Below the pieces are notes generated by a model that saw only the letters and a program-made list of their open reading frames with translations, searched no databases and was not told where the DNA came from. Positions 54,181 to 64,000 of a stretch of 64,000 nucleotides of DNA are shown piece by piece. Position 1 is the stretch's first letter; every line of letters starts with the position of its first letter. The position numbers were made by a program, and so were the translations under genes. This DNA is from Lama glama (lineage: Eukaryota), in NCBI GenBank assembly GCA_028534125.1, contig CM052818.1:6698001-6762000 (forward strand), read 5' to 3'.

Positions 54181-55949
54181 GAAAGTCTTTGGAGAATAAT
54201 GATTGCATTTCACACTCCTCAGTAACTCTAACAAGTAGCACATTGCCTTTCAAAGTGATGTTTAATACAAATGTTTGACATGACCTCCTGGCAACATTGG
54301 GATTTCTGTTTTCTTGAATTTATCCGTGAATACTGTTGCCTCAAAAGGAATGAAAAAAAAATGTGTCGTATGTGCCCTGGGTTTGACCATTCCCATGTGT
54401 ATACCCTTTAAGATCTGATAATTAGGAGCAGACTTCTAGACGCCTGTTCTATCTTAGCTCACTCATTTTAAAGTGCATTTTCCTGTCCTTTGAAAGAGTG
54501 TAATTGATATAACTTGCATCTTCAAACCCCCTTTATTCTGGAATGGGTTATATACCATAGCCATGGCAGTTACTGTGAATTGACCCAATAATGCATTGAG
54601 CTAATGGGCTAATCTCCACTCCCATAGGATAGGATAGAAAATCAGGGAGTAGGATGCAAAGCAGGTAGGGCACTTCTCTTTATGATGGTTTTCTAAACAA
54701 GTTTATTAGAACAAAAAAGGCACATGCCATTTGAAAAACTGCTTAATGCACGATAAAGTGATCATTTAAAATAAACCTACAAGAGAGAAGTAATGGTCAT
54801 GACATTTAATTTGGTTGGTCCTTTTTAATATACATAATGCTATAATATTTTGAGTGCATATAATTTCTTCAAAGAGGCTATATGTCATAATTCTTAAGGG
54901 GCAGGTACTGGAATCAAATTGCTTGGATTCTAATCCATAATGTGGGAAATTAACTTGATGCAATGGTGGTTTCCAAGCATCCTACCAGGCGAGCTATCCT
55001 AGGCTACATCTTCATGCAGAAAGGCTCACATACCAAATAAAGGTGCTCGAATCACAGTTTGGTGAATCACTTTAAAACATACAGCTAAAAGCAAGGGGGT
55101 GAGAGATGGGGTAGGCTGAGACATTTGGCAAAAGGCAGACATTTGTCTGAGCCGGGGGGTGGACCACACTATCCGGATCCTGTGTTATGCAAGATTTGGA
55201 TGAATGTTCTCTCTCTTCCTGCCACATCAGTCTTCCCTGCTGATGATGTGATGACAGAGACCAAAGCTGAGATTGAACAAGGGTGCTTAGCTGAAAGTTA
55301 TCTGAAAACGAACATACTTTTTTTTTTTTTGGAAAGAAGAAGCAGGGACAAGTACTTCTGGCCACAAGCTGTGACTTGCCAATGAGCCTCCTGAGCAGCG
55401 GCGGACTTTACCTGCTCTTGGATTGAGCACATGTACAGCCAGAGTGGGACTGTGATGGGTGTCACCAAGGGGTGCCTGGTCTTGGAGATGGTATTAAGAC
55501 ATGATAAAGATATTGTGGTTATGTCTAGAAAGAAGTGTTTAAGAGATACAGGTTCAAAACAAAGCAGGAAAGCTTGACGATGCTATTTTAGCTCCTGGGG
55601 CTAGTAGAGCAGTTGCCTTATATTTCTGCTTCTTTGTTCTAAATCCCTACTAGCAATTCAGAAGGTGAACTGCAGGGTGTGCTCTTCCGCAGTAGGATCC
55701 TTGGGATTTTCACAGTGCTCCATGGGGCTGAAGGAGGGGGGGGTCGGGTCCAGGGCTGTGGGAAACACCACCACGTGCACTGCCACATGATTTCATGGTT
55801 TCATGGGCAAATATGCACTGAAAGGTCAGAGCTGAATGAGCTTAAATGGGATTCTTAATTACAGCACACAGCACCACCAAGGGCCACCCCTCTGGCCTGA
55901 CCCACTGATCCGCCCCCACCCTCACCTCATTTAAACTAGAGATTGTCAC

Positions 55950-56335
55950 TGTAAGTGAAGTAAGCCCGAAAGAGAAAGAAAAATACTATATGATATCACT
56001 CATATGTGGAATAAAAAAAAAAGGACACCATGAACTCATCTACAAAACAGAAACAGACTTGCAGACATAGTAAACAATCTTATGGTTACCAAGTAAAGGG
56101 GGTGAGAAGAGATAAATATGGGATTTTAAGATTTACAATGTTGGTCACTATATGTAAAAAAAATAGATTTTTAGAAGTTTCTTTTGTAGAGCATAGGGAA
56201 TTTCAATATCTTGTAATAATCTTTAATGAAAAAACATGAAAATGAATATATGTATGTGTATGCATGACTGGAACGTTGTGCTGTACACCAGAAATTGACA
56301 CATTATAATTGACTGTGCTTCCAATCAAAAAACAA
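55950..56335 (+). mobile_element. L1 3'-end fragment
   Basis: Same family as 46.6-47.3 kb (AAGTGAAGTAAG...CCAGAAATTGACACATTATAA). Confidence 0.85.
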
Positions 56336-57070
56336 AAGAATCAGTTTGATTCTGCCTCGGGGAGTGAGCAAGAGAACCTGTTACTTGTTTTCGCTCCCTC
56401 GTGCTGCAGCATGAGTCCCAAAAAAGCCTTCCCTGAATTCCTTGTCTGGCCTTTTAATTTCTATTGATTAAAGAGACCAAGAACCCAGGTCCCAGTTTTC
56501 AATTTCCCTTTGGAAAACTGTTTGGCAGTCTCCACCAATGCTAAAAATATGTATACATATGTGTATGTGGAATTGTATGTATATTGCCCAGTAATTCCAT
56601 CCCTAGGTATACATGCCAATAGAAATGTGTATAAATATGGCTTAAGAATGTTCACAGCAGCAGTTTCCATAGTAATCCAAAGCTAGAAACCGCCCCAGTA
56701 CTCATCAATGATAGAAGGGGTAAATAAACTGTGGTATGCACACACCACCGAATGCTACGTATCAATGAGAACAAACTCCGGCCGCATGCAACAGCATAGG
56801 GGAACTTCACAAACTTAAAGCTGAGAAGCCAGATATCAAAACATATGACAGGCAAAACTGTAATGTCAGAGGGAGGGTATGATTAACTTAGGGGGCCCTG
56901 TGACTGGTACCAGAGATATAAAGCTCTTGGGGTTGTGATAATATTCTGATTTATGATCCATGAACATTACACAGGACTGTGAAGTTTGTGGAAATTCAAG
57001 TTGACCATTAATGGTCTGTGCGGTGTCCTTTTCTGTATGTATATTACACTCCAGTAAAAATTTACTTTAA
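56336..57070 (+). mobile_element. LTR 3' fragment (to about 56500) followed by L1ME-like sequence
   Basis: GAATTCCTTGTCTGGCC...TTTCTATTGATTAAAGAG LTR-type end, then CTTTGGAAAACTGTTTGGCAGT L1 motif. Confidence 0.5.
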
Positions 57071-57838
57071 AAAGACACTCAGATCTGAGATCCAATCTCA
57101 TCTAAACTTACTTGTCTTTTGGGGTCATTTTTTTCTTTTTTCCTTTTAGTATTATCAGAGACATCGCAGTACTATCAAAAAGGGAAGTTCTCTGTCGCTC
57201 TTGCAGACTGTGAACGTAATACATGTGTTCTAGAACAATCCAGTGACACAGCATTGGACTATGTCGTAAATGTACAATCGCTGACTAGTTTAGGAAAACA
57301 GAATAAAACGCAGCGTTGCAGCGGCATATGGTTTCTACCTCAGATAAATCATTAACCCAGGCGCTCTGCGGTACAGGGTATTTGACCAACCTTGTAAACC
57401 AAGTCAGGGAGCAAAAGTAAAGAGACTGTGTTCACCTTCCTCTCTGAAGGAACCAGGAAAGAAAAATAATTTGGTGAGGAGTTCCAGGCACCTCGTGTCC
57501 CAGTCTAGCTGTTAGCTCTCTTACTAAACATGCTTCTCTCTAATCCGTGAGGGAAAAAACACCTTCAAGAAAGGTTTTTAAATGGCTGTAAAGAAAAGCC
57601 CAAAATATCCTTGTCCCCTCAATTAAATCAAGGGAAACCTTCTGGGGGAGTTGAATGGGTTGTCGATTATCGACCAACACACACAAAGGTTGAAAAGTGA
57701 TCTAAAGAAAGTTTAAATGTCTTACCTTTTTCCAAAACGAAATTCCCCCTCCCTTGGCGGCAGCAATTTCTGCAAGGTTTGCGTTAGTGGCAGGTGCAGT
57801 CAATAATACGGATCATGCGGGGACGTGCGCTTACTCAG

Positions 57839-57852
57839 CCAGCAGGGGGCGC
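57839..57852 (+). promoter_or_regulatory. Candidate CTCF site
   Basis: CCAGCAGGGGGCGC is an essentially perfect CTCF core in a locally CpG-retaining, non-repeat segment. Confidence 0.7.
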
Positions 57853-58160
57853 GAGGAACGTTTCAGAGGATTTCAACGAAATCAGAAAGCTCGTGTTTAT
57901 TCCCCATTGTGGCTGCCAGACTAAACTACCTGATGAGAGCTGCGATGAAACTGCCTCAGAAACTTTGAGCAGCTCTTCAACGCTGAACAAAGTAAGCCGC
58001 AGACTCTGTATTCTTCCAAGTTAGTTCAAGGTGATTGCTTCGGTGAAAGGGGATGGTGCATTTGGTCCTTATTGAGAAAGTCTGACTACAGTGTATATCG
58101 CTGTGACAGTTTTGGTCGGCGGCCTCACTTCCTTTCAATGTTAAAAAGACCATTGCTCTT

Positions 58161-58293
58161 TTTGGGGGGAGGGGAGGTAAGTAGGGTTATCTATTTATTT
58201 ATTACTTTGGGTGGAGGTACTAGGGATTGAACCCATAACCTCGTGCATGCTAGACACATACTACCTCTGAGCTATGCCCTCCCCCTAGAGTGT
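58161..58293 (-). mobile_element. tRNA-derived camelid SINE (Vic-1 type, long tail)
   Basis: Reverse-complement GGGGGAGGGCATAGCTCAGAGGTAG head; TSD CCATTGCTCTT at 58150-58160 and 58294-58304. Confidence 0.88.
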
Positions 58294-59212
58294 CCATTGC
58301 TCTTGAGGGAGAACAAAGCAGAGAGCTAGCATTGGTAAAGAAATACCAAACGCCAAAAATGGCATTCTCTGGTATTTAAATGTAAGCAGTTATTTTCAGC
58401 TATTCTCAGCACTCATCCCTGGGCCTTGTCATTACCTGCAAAGAAACTACAGTAGTTTCAGGACTAGCACATTTTTCGAGTACCACTGGGAAAAAAGTCA
58501 CAGATTAAAAAATCCTCATCTGACTTCGTTTTATCAAACAGTTAATATTTTTCAACTTCCTGCTAACAAAATGTCAAATGCTAAGCTAGCTGCTGGACTC
58601 ATTATTTTTAGTGGTATATACATTTTTTTTCATCAACCATTGTAGGAAAGTTTGAAGACAAAAGTGGCTCCAATTTAGCTTTTCACGAGAGCTTTTCATA
58701 CTTTCTCCCAATCCAATCCAGTATCTGTATGTGTCCCATGTCGTGTCTGGAATATGGTGGTTGGCAAATAAATCTAAATATAAAAAATAAAATAATAAGA
58801 CATTAGAAAAAGATAAAAAAAAATAGACACATTTGAGTGCATAAAAATTAATATTTTTTTGCAAAGCAAAAGACACCATAAACAAAATGGAAAAAAAAGT
58901 GAGGGAAAATATTTGCAACAAAAGTGACAGAAAGTGGTAAATGTCTCAATAAACTAAGCCTCCTACAAATTAATAAACAAAAGACAACACAATTGAAAAA
59001 TGAGCCAGTGTATGAAAAGGCAATTCACAGAAAAGGAAATAGAAGATGCTCAGTCCCACTGGGAGTTGGGAAAATGCAATGACTTCGTGAATATAAATAT
59101 ATGGATGAAAGGTATAAAAATATCCAATCTATGAATGGTTGCCTCAGGGCCCAGAGGCCTAGGGGAGGGTAATAGGGCTGGAATTTGAAGTCAAAAGGGA
59201 TCTTAACTTTAA

Positions 59213-59330
59213 GAGGGAGGTTATAGTTCAAGTGGTAGAGTGTATTCTTTGCATGAGTGAGGTCCTGGATTCAATTCCTAGTATCTCCATTTAAAAAAAC
59301 TCTAAATAAATAAACCTAATTACCTCCCCA
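59213..59330 (+). mobile_element. tRNA-derived camelid SINE (Vic-1 type, long tail)
   Basis: GAGGGAGGTTATAGTTCAAGTGGTAGAG...AAATAAACCTAATTACCTCCCC; TSD-like AACTkTAAG. Confidence 0.85.
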
Positions 59331-60217
59331 AACTGTAAGGCCTTATTTCTTTTATTAAAACATATTAAGATTTAAAGGGAACATGACAAAATGGGAACAG
59401 TTAGCAAACTTGAGTTGTGTCTTTTGATGAACATATATTTTCATTTCTATTGGGTATATGCTTAGGTGTAGAGTTGCCAGGTCCTAGGAAATGCATATGT
59501 TTTGGTGACGGTCTGTTTCTTACTCTGGGGTGTTGGTTCCAGGAGTGTGCTCAGATTATGAAAATTCACTGAGATAGATACTGAAATGTGCACTTCAAAA
59601 AAAGTTAACAAAAACAAAAAGGAAAGTTTAACAACTTTACTGAGGTATCTTTGACACATTAAAAAGTGTAAATACGTAAGGTGTACAACTTGATGTTTTG
59701 ATATATTATGATATCATTTTTTAACCATCAGATTGGGGGAAAATAAATTAAGGTAGATCAAAAGTATGAACTTTATACAAATTAAATCTGTGTATACTGA
59801 CTTGCTGGGATATCCCTGAGAAGCTGTGTGAAGCAAGCAAGCTGTATATAGATGGACCTCATTATTGTAAGGATAAAAAACAAAGACAAAACTCCTTTTA
59901 TGTGCATTCATGTATGAAAAGCAAGAAGAAAAGACTGCAACTAAACAGATCTAAATTTTATTATGGAAGGGTAAGATTAAATGGGAAATGAAGAGAGATA
60001 ATTATCTTTTCTTTAGTCAGCTCTGCATTATCTGCCTTGCTAAAACCAGAGTTGTTTCTATGTATTTTTTTATGCTTTCTTTAAAAAAAAGTTTTAAGAT
60101 TTTATTTAAATCTTTGATCCAGGACATCATCTCTTGCTGAGTTAGATTATATCCTCAGGTGTATCTTCACAAAGGTACATCAGTCCTCTTTGTATATTTA
60201 AAATGCCCTTCTGCTAA

Positions 60218-62120
60218 CTTTTTAAAAATTGAGATATAGTTTCTGTACTATATTATACAAGTTTCCAGTATGTAACATAGTGATTCACAATTTTTAAAGG
60301 TTATATTCCACATATAGTTATAAAATATTGGCTATAATCCCTGTATTCTACTATATATCTTTGTAGCTTATTTATTTTAGGTATAGTAGTTTGTACCTCT
60401 TAATCCCCCACTCCTATTTTGCCCCTTCCCTTCTTCCTTCTCCCCACCGGTAACCACTAGTTTATTCTCTGTGAATATGTTTTCTTTTTGTTATATTCAC
60501 TAGTTAGTTTTATTTTTTAGGTTCCACATATAAGTGATATCACATAGTATTCGTCTTTCTCTCGTATTTCACTTAGCATAATACCCTCCAAGTCCATCCA
60601 TGTTGTTACAAAAGGCAAAATTTCCTTCTTTTTATGGCTGAGTAGTATTCCATTGTAGATATACACCACATCTTCTTTATGCATTCATCTGTTGATGGAC
60701 ACTTAGGTTGCTTCCATATCTTGCCAATTGTAAATAAAGCTGCTAGGAACGTTGGGGTGCATGTGTCTTTTCAAGTTAATGTTTTCATTTTTTTCAGATA
60801 TATTCCCAGAAGTAGAATTGCTAGATCATTTGATTCTATTTTTAATTTTTTTGAAATCTCCATACTGTTTTCCATAGTGGCTGCACCAATTTACATTCCT
60901 AGCAACGGTATAAGAGGGTTACCTTTTCTTCACATCCTCACCAACATTTGTTATATGTGGTCTTTTGATGATAGCCATTCTGACAGGTGTGGGGCGATAC
61001 CTCATTGTGGTTCTAATTTGCATTTCTCTGATGATTAACAATGTTGAGCATCTTTTCCTGTGCCTGTTGGCCATCTGTATGTCTTCTTTGGAAAAATGTA
61101 TGCTCAGGTCTTCTGCCCATTTTTTAGCCAGGTTGTTACCAGGATTGTTTCTAGGTGTTTTTGATTGAGGTATAATTCACATATGATAAAAATTCACTAT
61201 TTAAAAGTATATAATTCAGCGATTTTTAGTATGTTTACAAAGTTGCAATAAGCATTACTGCTATCTAATTCCAGAACATTTTAATCGCTCCCCCAAATCC
61301 CACCAAAACCCTGTACCCATTAGCAGTCACTCTCTAGTCCTCTTGCCTCTCAGCTCTCAACAACCACTGATCTATTTCTGTTTCTATAGATTGTCTATTC
61401 TGCACATTTCATATAAATGGATCCATATAATATATATGTGACTTATTATACCTAGTCTGGTGAGTATAAAGTGTATCATGTTTGTTTTGATTTGATTTTC
61501 CCTGGTGGCTAATGATGTTGAACATCTTTTCATGGGCTTATCAACCATGTGTGTTATCTTCTTTGAAAAAAAAAAATCTATTCAAATCCCTTGCCTATTT
61601 TTCCGTTCAGCTGACTTTTTATTGGTGAGTTGTAAAACTTCTTTATATATTCTGCATAGAAGTCCCTTGTCAGATATACGATTCACATCTTGTGGGTTAT
61701 CTTTTCATTTTCTTGATCAGTGTCCTTTGAAGCATAAAATATTTTAATTTTGATAAAGTCCAGTGTATTTTTTCTTTGGTTGCTTGTGCTTTTGATGTCA
61801 TATTTAAGAAATCATTGTCTAATCCAAGGTCCCAAAAACATACACCTAAAAATATACATAGATCTCTGATCCATGTTGGGTTAATTTTTGTACATGGTGT
61901 GAAGTAGGAGTCTACCTTCATTCTTTTGCATGTGGGTATCCAGTTTCCCTCAGCTTCATTTGTTGAAAAGTCTGTGTGTCCTTCACATTGAATTGTCTTC
62001 ATACACTTGTTGAAAATTAATTGATCATAAATGTATGGGTTCTTTTTTATGGACTCTCAACGCTATTCCATTGATCTACATGTCTGTCCTTATGCCAGCA
62101 GCATGTGTGTTGACTACTGT
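60218..62120 (-). mobile_element. Adjacent or nested antisense L1 elements (younger L1 at about 60220-61130, L1MB-like at about 61160-62120)
   Basis: TGGCTGAGTAGTATTCCATTG and GATGGACACTTAGGTTGCTTCCA; ORFs 60679..61038 and 61697..62002 are L1-derived. Confidence 0.85.
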
Positions 62121-62243
62121 CCAGGTAATTGTAAAAAGTAAACTAATTTTAAAAATATTTGAATGAATTTAGCTATATAATATCAAAGGACTTACTAAAG
62201 CTCTCTCTGGGGATTATATTCTGTTTTAAATTTTATTAATGCC

Positions 62244-62739
62244 TGTATTAGTTTTCTTTTACTGCTGAAACAAATTACCACAAACTCAGTGGCTTATCAC
62301 AAATCAAATTTATTTTCTTCTATATCTGTAGGTTACAAGTCTGACATGGGTTTCACTACGCTTAAATCAAAAGGTGAACAGGGCTAAATTCTCTTCTGGA
62401 AGTTCTAGGGGAGAATCTGTTTCTTTGGGCAGCTTTTAGAGGCTCACCTCTTCCTTATTCTTCAAAGCCAGCAGCATTGCATCTCTTTGTTCTGTAGGCA
62501 CATCTCCTTCTGAGTCCCTTGTGCCTCCCTCTTCCACATTTAAGGACCCTTGTAATTACGTTGGCCCACCCGGATACTCTAGAATAATCTTATTTTAAGG
62601 TCATCTAAATAGCGACCTTAATTCCATTTGCAACCTTAATTCCCCTTTGCTATCTAAGCTAATATCCTCACAGGTTCTGGGGATTAAAATAGGAACATCT
62701 TTTCTCGGGAAGGGGAGAACCATTATTCTGCCTACCACA
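62244..62739. mobile_element. MaLR LTR (MLT1C/D-like)
   Basis: TGTATTAGTTTTC...AACAAATTACCACAAACTCAGTGGCTTA start and ATTCTGCCTACCACA end. Confidence 0.8.
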
Positions 62740-63088
62740 TTCTCCATCAGATTTTGAGTCATAAAACAATTTTTTTTAATAGTTTACATCGATGTTGGTT
62801 AAATGAGTAGCTTTAAGATTATACAGCAAGTGACAAGGGTAGGAGAGGACCCAGGTGTTTCAATTCCCTGTGTGGAGATCCGCTTGCCTCAGGAAATATT
62901 TATTGAGCTTTTAGATCATGTGGCATTCTCCCTCACGCTGTTTTAATAAAGGCATTTTGGACTTAACCAGTTTGATGGGTTTTGAGTTCAAGATCTCTGA
63001 CATTTAAATTTTTTAAATAAGTTTCAAAGAAAATTCAGGATGGCTGATTAGTTCTAAAGAGTTTACAGCACAAAACTTACTAATCAAG

Positions 63089-63277
63089 ATAAACAAGATT
63101 ATACTATATAGCACAGGGAAATATATACAAGATCTTGTAGTAGCTCACAGTGAAAAAAAAGTGACAGTGAATATATGTATATTCATGTATAACTGAAAAA
63201 TTGTGCTCTACACTGGAATTTGACACAACATTGTAAAATGACTATAACTCAATAAAAAAAAATGTTAAAAAAAAACC
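63089..63277 (+). mobile_element. Short, young L1 3' fragment
   Basis: L1 tail with AATAAA and poly-A; perfect 13-bp TSD CTTACTAATCAAG at 63076-63088 and 63278-63290. Confidence 0.9.
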
Positions 63278-63639
63278 CTTACTAATCAAGTGAAGTTGAA
63301 AGTTATTCAGCGACAAGGACTGTGTTGCCAAGGCAAGAAATGCTAGAGAGGTTGGTAGGCAAGGAACAAGAGAGGTGGGATGCACTCCAGGTTGGATCGC
63401 CAGTCCTTGCAGGGAGGCTCACAAAATGGACATGTGGCTTTTACAAAAAACAGATGTTATCACACCTGATCTAGGTGCTTTGTTACTAGGGAGGAGCCTG
63501 CGAAAAAGGGAAATGTATCCATGCAACGGCAGCAAGGGAAAATCAGTATGTGACCGACGGGAGGGAGAAAACCACAACTTGTAGAAGAGCGTGTATTAAC
63601 AGAGTTAGTTCATTCATTTCCTCAATCATTCAACGAGCA

Positions 63640-63960
63640 TAAACCCCAGGCACTGCGCTGGAGGTCAAGAACGTGGCACTGAAGGAGGCACGGAAGCCCG
63701 AAGGCAAGACGCCTCCCCGCGGTCAGCTCCGGGCTGGGCGCGGCCTCTCGGAGGAGGGGCGGGGCTGAGAAGGCCGTGTACCTCCGCCTGCCTCCTGCTG
63801 CTGCCCTGGCCGCACTTCTCCGAGTGTCTCCGCCCCATCTTCTTCCGACGGGGCTTGGCTCCTCCCCTCCCTCCAACTACCAGGATAATCCTCAAACCAT
63901 AATGATCCCAAACAGTCCGTTTCGCAGGCTGAACTTTTCAAATAACGATGTCAGGGTGAG
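63640..63960. promoter_or_regulatory. Small CpG/GC-rich promoter- or enhancer-like element
   Basis: Sharp rise in GC/CpG; GC boxes GGGGCGGGGC at 63756-63765 and CTCCGCCCC at 63828-63836; no credible coding ORF. Confidence 0.6.
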
Positions 63961-64000
63961 GCAGGACTGGTTCGCATGATGGTTAGAAGCAAGGAGAGGA

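Noticed and set aside
4681..59330. tRNA-like sequences (A and B boxes) at six positions as tRNA genes
   Set aside because: All have A-rich tails and TSDs and lack an intact cloverleaf; they are SINEs
1..64000. Prokaryote-type systems (CRISPR arrays, operons), intact retrovirus, or a foreign insert
   Set aside because: No regularly spaced repeat arrays, no long intronless ORFs, no gag/pol/env; composition is ordinary mammalian intron and intergenic DNA throughout

Overview
Mammalian genomic DNA, very probably a camelid (camel, llama or alpaca), judged from six tRNA-derived SINEs of the Vic-1 type. The left half carries the complete coding region of ACTR2 (Arp2, subunit of the Arp2/3 complex) on the minus strand. 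It has nine constitutive exons (48+111+216+73+137+150+146+133+171 = 1185 nt, 394 aa plus stop), all introns are GT-AG, the 3' UTR runs towards base 1, and the promoter is a CpG island at about 31.9-32.9 kb. I also located a 15-nt alternative microexon (NNKKM, 23552-23566) that the ORF track cannot show. It has an AAG-TAG tandem acceptor whose upstream AG would add an in-frame stop, and QKI-type motifs downstream. The right half (33-64 kb) is repeat-rich intergenic DNA (L1, L2, MIR, MaLR/ERV LTRs, SINEs) with no credible protein-coding gene. It contains a strong CTCF motif at 57.8 kb and an orphan GC/CpG-rich promoter-like patch at 63.6-64 kb. I found no evidence of a wholly new biological system. 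The best leads are splicing-regulatory features of ACTR2. Repeat family names come from recognition, not a database search, and repeat boundaries are approximate unless target-site duplications (TSDs) are cited.
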